Positions 25,274 to 39,200 of a DNA stretch of 55,369 nucleotides are shown in pieces. This DNA is from Girardia tigrina (taxonomy: Eukaryota), in assembly GCA_001938485.1 (NCBI GenBank), contig MQRK01183570.1, positions 1-55,369 on the forward strand. Direction: 5' to 3'. How positions within the stretch are numbered: position 1 is the first letter of the stretch; each line of letters opens with the position of its first letter. The notes beneath the pieces were generated by a model, which was given only the letters and a program-made list of their open reading frames with translations, was not told where the DNA came from and ran no database searches. The position numbers and the translations under genes were made by a program.

Positions 25274-26065
25274 GGGTCGGACACCCCCGACACCGACGTG
25301 AGGTGCGGGGCGGCGACCGCGGTAAACTGAGGCGATTAAACCGTTGTTATGGTTGAGGCGACGTTGACGGAAGCACGGCTCGAATGCGGAACTCCCGACT
25401 GTTCCCACATTGACTCGAGATGATGGTCCAGCTCTCTGTCGCCGCCGGTGAACGGATAGCTCTCCTCACGCTCGATGACATATTCCTGAACATAAAAGAA
25501 AAAAAACGAAGGATTGAATTGTTGAACCAACCGAATTGGGATGGCGGATTTACGAACAGAGAGGGGCGGCCATCACGCCCAATCGGCCAACATTCACAAC
25601 CGTGAATGATAAGCGATCCGTTCGTCAATCGATTATCGGTCGATTTGTGGGACATTCTATCGGCGAACTCGGCCAGCATTCCAAGATCGATATTCGTGAC
25701 TCCGTTGACGATTTTCTGGACATCTGGTGGGAGCGATGAGAGAAAGAATGTGCGGATGATTTACTCGTTGTCTTTGGTGATTGCCGGCTTGATTGATTCG
25801 AGATCCCACGCGCATTTCGATAGATATTCTTACGGTTTTTATGTTCGGCAATCGGATGAGACTGGAAATACGAGTGGATGATGTTGGCCGGCTTTGAGCG
25901 GTAGTGGTCGATTAGAAGGTCCTTGAGCGAGTTGTAAAGGTTGAGAGACAGAGACACTTGGATGAGATCGTTCGACAGGAGTTTGAGAACGGGTGCCGGG
26001 AGGCAGGAAATCATCTGGTAGAATTTGTTGGGCGATGAAAGTATGTTGAAATCGAATTTTGCTTC
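25274..26065 (-). pseudogene. Ty3/gypsy gag fragment flanked by a 9-bp direct repeat
   Basis: EAKF...KFYQMISCLP...YNSLKDLLIDHY, then in a shifted frame KP*EYL...IIRTFFLSSLPPDVQKIV...LAEFADRM. GC-rich, with GAGAAGTTC at 25265-25273 and 26066-26074. Confidence 0.78.
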
Positions 26066-27200
26066 GAGAAGTTCTTCACCTGATGATGTACTTTCGGATT
26101 TCACAAAGTCATAAATACCATCATTTTCTACATTCTCACTCAAGCATTTTGCCATAACCTCAAATATTCCTTGCCGTTGTGACATTTAAAAATATGATAA
26201 ATTTTCTCAAATAATCATTAATTATAATAGTTTGAATCGATTCTATTAAGAAGGAATCAATGAAATAATAAGAAATACATTCTGTGAAGCTAAGACAGAA
26301 TAATATTCCATATAATAGTGTTTTATTCCACTATTATTTGGCCTAGAAACATTTTATTTTTAAATGGCACATAACCACTAAAATCAATGTTTCAATATCT
26401 TAAGACAATCAATCACCTTAAAAAGCAACTCCTGTTATGTTACAAAACTAATCCATCCCTAGAAGGGTTAATATCATTCGAGGTTGCTCTTAAAATTTGC
26501 CAAATGATTCTATCCAAAGATGAAATTTCAACACATTTTGAGACAACGGTATACATATCTCATGCTATATAGCAAATTCTGTCGAGTTTTGTAAATTGCC
26601 TTAATATGCATTGTATCATTGATAGTGTTGCACATGAAAAGGGAAATATATTTTTAGAAATGACACTAAGATTCATTTCTCCAAAGATCTGTATGAAACA
26701 AATATTTATTATAATTCCCCATTTGGAAAATTGTTAATATAAAGATTCAAATTAAAAGCCAAATAAATTTATTTACTGTCACAAAATTAAAAGCAAATTA
26801 ATGAAACACTGACAAAAGAAAAATCTAAAAAACTGACAATCCAAGAATACAGTTGAATTTATTTCTCCAAAATGATTATCACAACACCGCCGATTGCAAT
26901 AAACAAAAAAGCAAAGGAAATACAATAAACAGATGGCGTATAGAGTAAATCAGTGCACCAACAAATCACAATAATAGAATCGCAGGTAGACGCTCGTCCA
27001 CCGTATCGGTTAGTTATTATTTACAAACAAAAATTGGAACAAAAATATTTATACTTCTGAAAATTGCAAATCGGTGTAAATTTTGTCAATAATAATTATA
27101 ATAATAATAATAATAAAAACAACAACAAATAGTAATGATTGCAATAATATATTTGTGGTGATGGGAAATGATGGCGGAATTGAACAATTGTCGTAATTCG

Positions 27201-27261
27201 TCACATCCAATCTTTCATAAGGTCTTTGAAAACGGATAACGATTTGACACTCGTTGAAAGT
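27201..27261 (-). CDS. ERO1: ERO1 terminal exon
   Basis: ttcttttag|A CTT TCA ACG AGT GTC AAA... gives (R)[19 protein letters not shown], matching the ERO1 C-terminal R[IL]STSVK; phase 2 fits exon 9. Confidence 0.88.
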
Positions 27262-30200
27262 CTAAAAGAATGATCGTCAGTTAAGATCTAGTTCGAAATT
27301 GTTGAGTCTTCTGATACTAATATGATATTGTTGCAATACAATTTACTACAAGTTCATTTTAACATAAAATCATTGTTCATGTTTCTATGTCACTTGGTCA
27401 ATCATCAATAAATATAAATTGTTTCAATAAAATAAAACAATAGAATGATAAACTAGGAAATCAAAAAAAATTTTCAATCCATTCTTTATGCTCCGAGAAC
27501 TCAATTAGATCAAGAGAATTTTTTGTTATCTTTTGAAGAAGGGTGTGAGGAATATGCGGTGTGTAATTGTTTTTTGTAGTGTTTGCATGTTTAAATGTTG
27601 TGTGTTGATTTGGGATTGTGCCTCTCCTAATCAGATGGATTATCAATATTTTAATTTCTTATAATCTGAAACTAATTTATTTAAATTTAGATTTAATATT
27701 CAAATTTTTAATTTTTATTATTGTAACTTTTTAATAATTTTCTTGATTTTATTTTTGTGAATTTTTAAATAATTAAAATCAAATTAATGTTTAAAAATGA
27801 TTATAGAAATATTTTATTTAAGCCAATAAAATTTAAATTAAATATTTTTTAATAAAATATTTTCCCAAGTATAGTTCAGATTATAATGAGAGATATTGAA
27901 AATTGAGTGATGGATTATAGTGAAGGCAATACTATTGATCATCATAAAGATGATAAGAAATGTGAATGTAATAAATGTTCTATCAAATGTATGAGTTCTC
28001 TTAACAAAGGAAAAATTATTATTACATTTACCTTCTTATCTTTACTTTTTTGCGTATAAATTGGCTCAATGTTAATTGACTCAAGTGAGTTTTATGTAAA
28101 ATTTCAAGAATGGTTGGTTTGGTAAATTTTGTACAAATTTAAATAACATAAAAAATGTATTAACGGATTGATTTTAGAGATACTGTATAATTTATAAGTA
28201 GATCTTTTTAAACTAATATTGTGCAGGAACTCCGATTTGGGCGTTTTTTTCTCATTCGGAGACCTTAGAAAGTTTTTTGATCAAATTTTCACATAATCAT
28301 TAAGTGTCATCGAAAATGAGTAAGTGAGCAAAATTTGAGGAAAATTGATGGAGTAAAAAACCTTCAAAATTCAGATTTCTAAATTCCATGGATACATATA
28401 TAGAAAGCAAGCTAATATAAAGAATGGAACTAGTAAATAAAAAAAATTTATTTAGACAAGAGAATTTTTTGTTATCTTTCGTAGAAGGGAAAATTACTAT
28501 TACATTTACTTTTTTATCTCTACTTTTTTTACATAATATAAACTACTTATAATTTATAATTGAATTTCAAAAGTCAATTGAAATTGTTTATTAATTTCGA
28601 TGGATTAAACGTCATTTTCAAAACAACTGATTTTTTTAAAAAAAAAGAAATGTACTTATATACTACCGCTAATGACTATGTAATCAATAAATCATTTAAA
28701 AACCCTCAATAAAGTTGTCGAGAGTGCAGTTTTTGAATTCTCACTAATCAGGATTTTGGAATGATGATTTGTCTCTCCAATGTGGCCATCTCTCTTCTAA
28801 GAGTTAAGTCTCATTGTTTTTATGAGGTCCTGGAACACTGATAGTGTTAGAAATCGATTAAATATAGACTATTAATATTTTAGTGGTTGATATTTCGCAC
28901 GTGCCTACTCTTTTCCAGTTAATTTCGACTAGTAAATTCTCTTAATTTGTAAACTCGATTAACGAGCTATTCATAAATCATTTGTATTTCTTTCCTCTCA
29001 AATAAATCGAAAACGGGTGGTGGATTGCAAGTTAATCGAGTACATAAATTTAATTTTCAAGGGTGTCAAAGCTTGACTAATAGTATTGATTAGTGAGCAT
29101 TTACAATGGAGTCAATCGAGTAAGGTTCTTGTTATGTGTTTTAGGAGGTTAAAGTTAACTAAACTTTTAAAAACGAATTGTAGTGGAAATATTTTTGATT
29201 TATATGTCAGTATATTAACACTAGTTTTACGGACTGAGCTAAATCGACTCATGTAAAATTATATTGCTATATATGTAAAACTGAAATATTATTTTTTTAA
29301 AATACATATGAATGTTTTTAGTTACGTAATGAAATATAGATTAGTCCACTCTTCAGATTCCCTCATTTCGCATATTTGAATGCTGTTTACATATTTCTAC
29401 GGCTATGAGATCGCTTGTTGTATGAGTCAAATTGGCTCACTTCAGTAAAAATAAGTATATAATCAACCATCGTAAATCGAGTGTTAAGTACATAAGCTTA
29501 CGCTAAAAATCAGTTTCTAATTCATTAAATTGTTTTATTTGTCAAAAGTCTCCATAAAATAATTTAAATATTAGTAAACATAATTTTATTTATAGTCTAC
29601 TCAGGCTAATCCAAACACCAAAAATGTACAAAAACGTTCGGATTAGCCGATTTTCGGTTCATTATCTTAACCACTTCAGTATATTATATTTAGTTTTGTT
29701 AATATTTTGCGAACGGATTATTTATTTTGATGATTTATGATTTTAAGGTGAACTGTGATATACAAAATGATTCACTGTCTGATAAAACTTTCCTTATTAA
29801 ATTGAAAAATGAAGTAGATTTTCTACCGTACTAAATAATCATTGTTTGTACAACGTTTGTAATCATAATTTGCACAATTGCTAAAAGGCATATTGTAAAA
29901 TTCCGGATTATCATGCCTGATTTCGTTCGAAAACACTTTCGTCATATGTTTTATATTTAAGCGAAAAAAATTCAATGATTTATAATTAAATATAAAAAAT
30001 TCTATTTTTTATAATGCTCCATTTTTTTTAATGTTATCACAAATAAATTTAAACAAATTTTCATATCATTTTCTTAAAAACTTTCAATTGTATTTTGATT
30101 CTTCCTTTTCTTTAAAAAACGATATTCATTTCGACAATTTGATTTATTTAGTCAAATTGTATTATTATAAATTCAAAACGTATTTATATTTCTTTAACGT

Positions 30201-33200
30201 GGAATTCAATCAAACATTTATTTAAGTTTTTGGATTTTTGAATTTAGTTTATTTTTTTGAATTTCTGAAATTATAATATTCAATTTGAACTTTCTAAATA
30301 AAATATATTTGGTGGGCCAAAAAGTGATTGCCTTTTTTACTAAAATATTTATTATCAAAAAATGACATGGATGCACAAATATTTTTACACGATATACTGT
30401 TCATTATTTTCAATCACTTTCTTCCACCTTCCCGGTAGCTTCATTATTCCTGATTCATAAAAACTTTGCCTTTGTCAGCAAAAAAGCCGTCTAGGAACGA
30501 TTTGATGTCATCATCACTGGCGAATGTTTTTCTGTTTAAGGAATTCTGCAGTGATCTAAATAAGAGAAAATCCGATGGGGCCAAGTCTGGAGAATACGGT
30601 GGGTGCGGCAAAACCTCCCAACCCAGTGATAAGAGTTTCTGGCGAGTGGTCAAACTTGTATGCGGTCTTGTGCTATCATGCTGAATTACAACTCCTTTTC
30701 GATTTGCCAATTCAGGACGTTCCTGTTGAATTGAATGAGTCAATTTCTCCAGCTGACTACAATATCTGTCTGAATTGATGGTTTCATTCCTCGAAAGGAG
30801 TTCAAAAAACAAAATTCCTTTAAAATCCCACCAGACGGAAAGTATAACCTTCTTTTGGTGAATTTCTGCTTTTGGAATCGTTTTGGCAGGCTCACCACGT
30901 TTTGTCCATGATCGTCGACATTCCGCATTGTTGTAAACAATCCATTTTTCGTCACCCGTAATCAAGCGCTTCAAAAATGGATCACTTTGTTCTCGCTTCA
31001 AAAGGGAATCGCAAATGTCTATACGTTTCACCAAATGAATTTCTTTCAGTTCATGTGGTAACCACATATCGAGTTTACTGACGAATCCAAGTTTCTTTAA
31101 ATGACTTCCAACACTTGATTTTGATATTTCCAGAGTCTCTGCAACTTATATTGTCGTCATATGTGGATTAGATTTAATCAGTGCTGTTATTTTGTCGCCA
31201 TCAACTTCAACTGGTCGACCGGAGCGTGGTGCATCTTTCAGATGAAATTTTTCAGAACGAAATTTAGAANNNNNNNNNNNNNNNNNNNNNNNNNNNNNNN
31301 NNNNNNNNNNNNNNNNNNNATATACAAACATATCTTCTTATGAGCTTGCACAGCGGTTTTCCCTTTGCGAAAATAATGCAACAAAACATGACGAATATGC
31401 TCATTTTGATTTTCCATTTCGAATTGACGGTAAAGTAACAAAATAATACAAAATCAATCAATATTTTGTATAAACATAGTCTGAAAATTAAGGTTTCAGA
31501 ATATATAATTGAATTTAAATTTTATCACATCGTTTTATATTTTCAAGCTTTTTATTAGGACGTACTCAAAAACGCAATGACTTTTTGGCCAACCCAATAT
31601 TAAGTGAGATGAATTTTTAACTGACTCCTCATACAGGGTGGCCCAATGGGTACGCAGCCTCTAATTTTTGCGAATCTATTTTTATAACAAAATTCTAAGT
31701 TTCAAAATTTGACCTTTATTGCGCAAAAAGGTCAAGTTCTGGAATTTTTACACCTCACATGTTATATATCAAAATACTCGTCTTGACGAGTAGATTTAGA
31801 ATATGCAAAAATTAGAGGCTGCGTACCCTTTGGGCCACCCTGTAAGTGTGGAGATTATAATATACGTCTATGTAATAGTTGATTGTTTCGAAGTTTACCA
31901 TACAAAAATGAGATTTTTAATGTTAACCAAAATTTTTAAATAAAGTTTTCTAAAGGAAACCCGATCTTAAAACGTTAAACGTAAACTCTGAAAATATCGA
32001 TAAAGAGTCCCTCTACTTATATAAAACCAATACTTTATTATTAAAATTAATAATAAATTTGAAAAAAGTAGTAAAAAGTACCTTCCAAATGCATTAAATA
32101 AAGAGACTATCTCGGTTCTTGTCAGCTGAAATCGTTGATTTACAATCGGATCTTTAGAGGAGAGTCGCATCGTTTGCGCATCAGGATTTGAAAACAAAAT
32201 TTTCAGCGCAGTACCCATGCCTTTTACTTGTAGCGTACCCCACAACTTACATTTATCACATCCGACACAACCAATAATTCGAGATATGTTACGGAAATGT
32301 TGAACAAATTCTTGTTTAAGTTTTTTAGACTCTGCAGGATTTCCTTTGAATAATTTTTGTTCATCAAAATGATTGGGAAAATTTCTAATTTTATTGGTAT
32401 AAAATATAAATGTCTCTAATTTTATAAGACATACTTCACTTGTTTGAGAAATTGTCTAACTGCTAATCTGGTATCTTTATCATCTTCATCATCACCTGTA
32501 TAAAACTGGTCTTCTCTTAAATATTCAGAGACCTTTTCAATGGCTCTCAATTCTACTAAATAAGTGAAAAACAAATTTTTCAATCTTTGCGGGCCATCAG
32601 GTTCAAATTTTGGATCAAATCTTTTAGCGAATTCTGTAACATTCGGACCCCATTGGGGTTCTCCAAATGCCGATTTATCTTTATAAGTATTCTTTAGAAT
32701 TTTATAATTGAGTATTAAATAAAACCTTTCAATAAATAATGGCGACATAAGTGAATACTGATACTAGTATGTAATCCAGATATCATTCTGTAAAATATTC
32801 TTTTTTCTAAACATTGTTCCTGGTCTAAAATGAAAATATAGAGACTATAAAAGTTTATTCAATGTGTAGTGAGTACATCAGAGATGAGCAACCTTAAAAT
32901 GTCTCATACATTTAACTATAAAAGATAACAAACAGTTAAAAAAAATTTAAAAAGCTCAATCAAAATTAAAGCATTTCGTAATTCTTATTAAAGAGATCAT
33001 TTCTTTACAGTATAAAGATTACACGACTCCTAAAGGAATTGGAAAATTTATTTTCCATCGTTAAAATGTTAATAAAACAACCTGTATTTACTTCTCGGAG
33101 ACCATTAATTACAAGTTCAATAATAAATATAGTGATTAAAAGAAAATGAATATAACAGTTGCTCAAATCTGTTCCATTGATAATGTAATTGTGTAAACTA

Positions 33201-36200
33201 ACACCTACAAATTTAGACAAATTAAAATACAAAACTAGCACAATCCCGATAAAAATAATCCACAGCTGTTTTTTTAATGATAATGATAATTTTTGTATAA
33301 CCATTATCGAAAAATCTAGTTAATGTACTGTCGTTAAAACATGTATTGCGCTAGTCTCATATTTTACATAAATTTATACGGACACTACATCAATAATAAT
33401 TATACCCCTTCGATTGTAACTTATTATTTACCTGACATACAAAACGCTAAGATAGGTATTAATCAATAACATCTTTGTAATTAAAGAAGCACAAAATCAA
33501 AGAAATTAAGTAATTTTTTTTATTTAATCATCTCATTGTAAAGCATAAAACTTATTAATTAAGATTTTAATACATATTGTACACCACTTGTGGTAATGGA
33601 ATCATGCATCATTCAATATTGTCAGTCTGGACTGTTAATAAATGAAATACCCAATAATTTTTATTAATAATAAACGTGATGACATTTTATTCATTTAAAA
33701 ATACTAAATTAAAATAAAAGCAGACACTAGCATTTTTAAATACATTCATTTTTACAAAAAAAATCAAAATGATTACAACTAATACAAGCAAGTAAAATAT
33801 TAACAATAACTTTTTTCGTTATTTTCATGAACTTAAAAACTGTAAATATTATGTAAGACATTTTTTAAAACAAATATTGACAATAAAGATTATTTTTTAA
33901 AAAGAATTTCGATTGTTGAAGAAATAATTAATAATTGTGAATAAAAATGTTGAAATCATATTTAGGTCCTAAATACTTGGTAATCATACCCAAAGCATAT
34001 GAAGAGTTATGAGTAATATAGTTTATAACACAAGCACAACCCTAAATTTCAAACATTTGTTACGACAATCTTAAATCTTTTTTCATATCCAAATATCTGA
34101 GACGAGCCATAATGATAATGACTTAATAAGATTAAAACATAATTTAGGAATATTGTACAGCATATAATAATAACTGTAATAAAAAAGTACATAAATGGTA
34201 CATAAAAAGTATAGAAATGTTTATAAATGGAAGGACTGGTGTTATCTCGTTTAAAAGAACACAGCTGCCCGATGGATGCCTGTCATAGACAGTTTGCAGA
34301 AGTGAAGGAATTGAACAGGCATCTCAGAAGAGATCACGATGGAGCAGGCCCAATCCCGCGAAAACAAAGAGAGAAGAAAGCCCAACCACGTCAGAAGAAA
34401 GGAAACTACCAATGCCAACATTGCCCGAAGGAATACAAAACTGCTGGATTCCTAAGGATTCACATTCAGAAGAATCACAAAGAACCGCCAACATCCAACG
34501 CCCAGAGAGAACGAGGAAGAGCCGACATCAAACCAATCCAACGCTCAGTTACCGAACGCAACTGTGAGTATGCCGAGGATACAGACAAATGACGATACCG
34601 AAGAAGAGCCGCACCTATAATACCGACTGCCAGCCGACTACTCGACAGCAAGAGGAGAGTTTAAGTGCCCATTTCGCGGCTGTTACGCGTCCACTGTAAC
34701 AGCCGGAGGTATATATGGCCACGGTACCAAGTTCCATGGCTGGTCGTTTATAACTGGCAAACCGACTGATCAGAGGCGGATGCCCACTGACATCGTAGGA
34801 GACCTATCGGGGGGGCCCTTAAGGACTTTAGTTTGGGTGGACCCTCTAAAGAGCCTTAGGCTCAATACCTATATGAAAGAGATGGGAGGCTCCCAAAAAA
34901 AAATAAATGGAAGAATCTTAACAAGTAAAGAATTAAGAGAAATTTACTAAAGTATTTTATTTTTATTTCCGCTATTGTCATTCTAGATTTGTTTCTGTTT
35001 TAGAAATATATAAGAAATTATGTGACCGTGTACGTGATAAATAATGTTTTTCGAAATAAAGAATTGATGCTTTGTGTTTATGGCTCGGCCTAATAAAATA
35101 TATATTATTTAATTTTCAAAAGATGTAAATGAATTAAATTTTTAAAGTCTTATGAAACTGAATGAGGAAATCGGTGTCGTAAACAGCGATTCGACGCTCT
35201 AATGAAAAAACACTACAGAGTATTTCATCAGAAATGGCGCGATGATAGTTGAGTTTTGAATGTTCCAATAAAAATAAAGCCTTTGATTTTGACACTTGAA
35301 AACATTTTAAAAGCAATGATTAAATAAATCGATTTATTCTTCAATTATCTGAAACTGATTGCGCTGAGAACCTCAAAGAAAGATAAGTCACGAAAAATGG
35401 ACACAGTTGAATCAATATTTTGACTATTTAAAAACTTTTTCAAATTGAAAATGAAATTTTTTTGTCGCTTGTGTCGTCAATTGATCAGTTCGTCTTATTC
35501 ATATTCATGGCATCACTCATCTTTCGACCTAAGGTGATAGAGATACAGACTAACCCTTAGCGAGAGGATCTAATTCTACGATTATTTCCAAAAAATGAAC
35601 AAGAGCCCCGGTACATTAACTGATTGATGACGGCAAATAACAGGATTGATTTGGTCTAACTCAGGAGGGTACGCATATGTCTGGTGTAGGGTGTCCAGAT
35701 TCTATTCATTCAGCTGTCCTATTCACAGAGTATACGGAAATTTAAAATTAAATTAAAAGACGCTTCCTAGGCGGAATCTAGTCTATCGATAATTAAAACG
35801 CTTAAAATGTTATTTTAAAATAAATGTTTATATAAAATTGATACTTTAGTTAATAGTTGACATGGTTTCAGTAAACTAAAGCATATAAAAGAAATTATGT
35901 TACTAACATAATTAAATTAAAATCTATTCTTTATTGAAAAAATATTGACACCTAAAGTGTAGATAATGCAAAATTGTAAACAAATTCGAAGACAAATAAA
36001 ACGAGAAACAAAGAAATACAGTAAACCACCATTCTTCACCGTTATTTATTGGCAACTGCATTGATTTTGTGCGCTAAGTTAAATGTCAAAGATAATGTTT
36101 TGCTAAAACACTGCGATATTGTGATAGAAACGGATAAAAAAGAAGAAAAAACAGTAATTTATTCAACTGTCGGTTATGTGAGGTTGCTCCTTTCCTAAAT

Positions 36201-39200
36201 TACCAGAACAAAATCAAAGATATGTTTATTCGTTCCTGTCTTTCTATGAATCAAAATAAGTCCACTACATTTATAATTACATCACAAAATGCAGCTATTT
36301 CAACAAGAGATTATATCATCGTTTAATTCGACTATTTTAGTTTGAATCTTAAACCCCTTAACGAGTAACCCGAGAACGGTTTACTAGCAAATTTGAGCAA
36401 GTTCGAGCTGAACTCGAGCATCAAAAATGTTTATATAACTTTAGTATACAGCAACGAAAGTATAAAGCAGTGCGTGTGCATTCTTGGTCTGTTACAGAGT
36501 GTAACAGTCACTTCAATTGCAGCTCATTTTATATAAACTAGGCTGCAGTAAAAGGGATTGTAAAGGAAAGAAGATATGAAAAGAAACTCGCATTTATTGT
36601 GAAAATTGTAATGTATACTTATGTGCTGTTCCTTGTTTTCAATTAAATTTTCAGTAATTAATAAATAATAAAATATGGTTGGTAAACTTGCTTTTCCCTT
36701 TTTTCACCTTTAATTGTATTAATACATTAATTATCAGCAACAAAAAATGATTTTGGGGGCTGTTTTCGTGAATAAAAAATCCATGTTAATGGGTTAAATA
36801 CACTAGGTTACTGGTTTTAATCCAAATAAAATAAAAGTACATTAAAAATTAAATTTTAATAACAAAATCAGATAAAGAAGTTGAACATAACATTAAGAAA
36901 TCGTGAAGGAAAATGTCTGAAATGTTCAATAAGCATGAAAAATAACATTTGTATGTGCGATTTAAATGATAATAAGTGACTTAAATATTTTGAGAGTAAA
37001 AATGGCTTTGAAAATTTGATAACTAATTTTAAAAATGGATCTTGTCGGAATCAAATAAGTTGAATAAGTAAAAATGACTTAATTATTTTTTCAGTAAAAA
37101 ATGTGGGATGTGAAATTAACTCTTAATACCTTAATACCCAAATTTTTATACCAAATGACTCAATTTTACCGCAGTTGTTTTTTCCTAAATCAAAATAATT
37201 TTGCTGGTGTTTGTGTCAAGTAATAGCAATAATATCGGGTGACCTACCTGAAACTAATTGCAGTCTTCTTTGAAAGAAATATGAATGCAATAATAATTAA
37301 ATAATTGTAATGTCTCATCATCCTAACTACCAACAGACATAATTATTTAAAGATTATCGATTATTATAAATAATTTTTGAAAGAAAACACCAAATCAAAG
37401 TATTCTATTCGCTAAATAATAATACATTCGAAGAAAGCGGTCTCTGGAATTTGTTCTCAAGAACATATATTGTTTTCGTGAGACATCTTAAAAGACTGAA
37501 AGTTGATTTATTTATGTAACCCTTTATTCATGTATTATTATTTGAAAATTATAATCGACAAAACAATTTTACTTTTCATTTATAGTGTCAATATAAATCT
37601 ACCATTTGATAAAAAAATAATTTTGATCAAAAAAATGCTACGGTTAAAAGCGACTAATTACCAATAACATTAAGTACCCCAAGTATTTCTAAACATTTCA
37701 AAACATTTATTACGGTCCATTTAAAAATAATAATTAAAAAAATGATCTAACCTGTGTCATGCAAATTAATACCGTACTTCTTTCGATTGTCGCTGAAAAT
37801 TGAAACATTATTCATTCACAAATTTAAGGAATAACTTGGAGATAATAAAAATCATTAAAAACATATATACCTAAATACTTTTTGTCAAAAAAAGCTTACA
37901 AAAATTTATTGATTACATGTTAAATATTTTGTAAAGTTCGGTTTGAGTAACAAAACCTTTATATTGGACAAAAGAGTTTCATATCAAAAGCCATGTGAGA
38001 GTGTCGAAATCAATGCGAGTAAAACGAGTTTAAATGATGATAATTTTATACAATATTTATTATACTTTGTAATTTACAGTCGAACAAGTTTTTGCTATCA
38101 TGAATCAGTAAAAAATTATTCTTGATTATTTTTATAACCCTGGTACATACTATAAGTATACGAATCAATCTCAACATTTGGATTCTTAAAATTGCATTTC
38201 ATTAAATATTAAAATGAAGGTTAAGATAATAATTTATGAAGACAGTTTAAAGTTGAAGAAGCATGCACATAAAAATTAAAATGCTTCACTGAAATAACAA
38301 ATTAGAAGCAATAATTAGAAAATAAACATTTCCAACACGAAGAAATGACAGCACAATGTAGAGTTCTGCGACCAAGTTGTAATGTTCTTAAAATTGTCAT
38401 CTTTATCATTTTAATCTTTGGAAAAATTTGTTATTTGTAATTTTTACAACATTTTTAGGAATAAATTTTCATGAATCTTTAAAATTCCTTTATAAAGTTT
38501 AAGAAAATATTGGTACTCATAAGCTAATTTACCTTCCCCAAATTACAAGTACACAAAATTATTTATATCATAATAACTGCTGTTTTATTTAATAAATTGG
38601 TTGCATAGATGACCAATAAGTAATTATTATCAACAAGTACACAACAGTACACAAGTGTTTTTATTTCGTTTCTTAACGCGGTTATACTGCAAATTACCAC
38701 ACGTATGAATCCAACATTGTCCTGTGTCTATGCTTAAAGGCATTTTTGCATAAAACTATAAATACCAAAAAGATGTATTTGTAGATTATCCAAAAATATT
38801 TTAATAAACTTTTGGATCCCATGTCATTAATTGCTGTCCTAAGAAATCAAGATTGAATGAGACAGACAAACACACGGAAGAAGCTGTTTTGAAAATTAAC
38901 TTTATTTTTTAACTATTTTTAGAGTACTTCTTTGAATGTGTAAATAATATAGTCAGTTCCAATTAGCAGTAATTTTCTGTCATTCTGGAAAAACAAAGTA
39001 AAAATCAACCTCTAAAACGCAATAGCCAATGACATCAAATTGATGTGACATGTTCTAGTAGTAATTAACTACCGGAAGGTCAACTTATTGTAGTCATAAA
39101 TAGGTCACAATCACACACGCACAAATCATTCATCCCGCACTACATAGAACTTATTTTTTCTTTCTTACACTCCTAATAAACCTTCATTGATGTGTAAATT

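Noticed and set aside
34227-34592. Stand-alone host zinc-finger gene
   Set aside because: The ATG lies in the TSD, the third finger is frameshifted, and a polyA tail is present.
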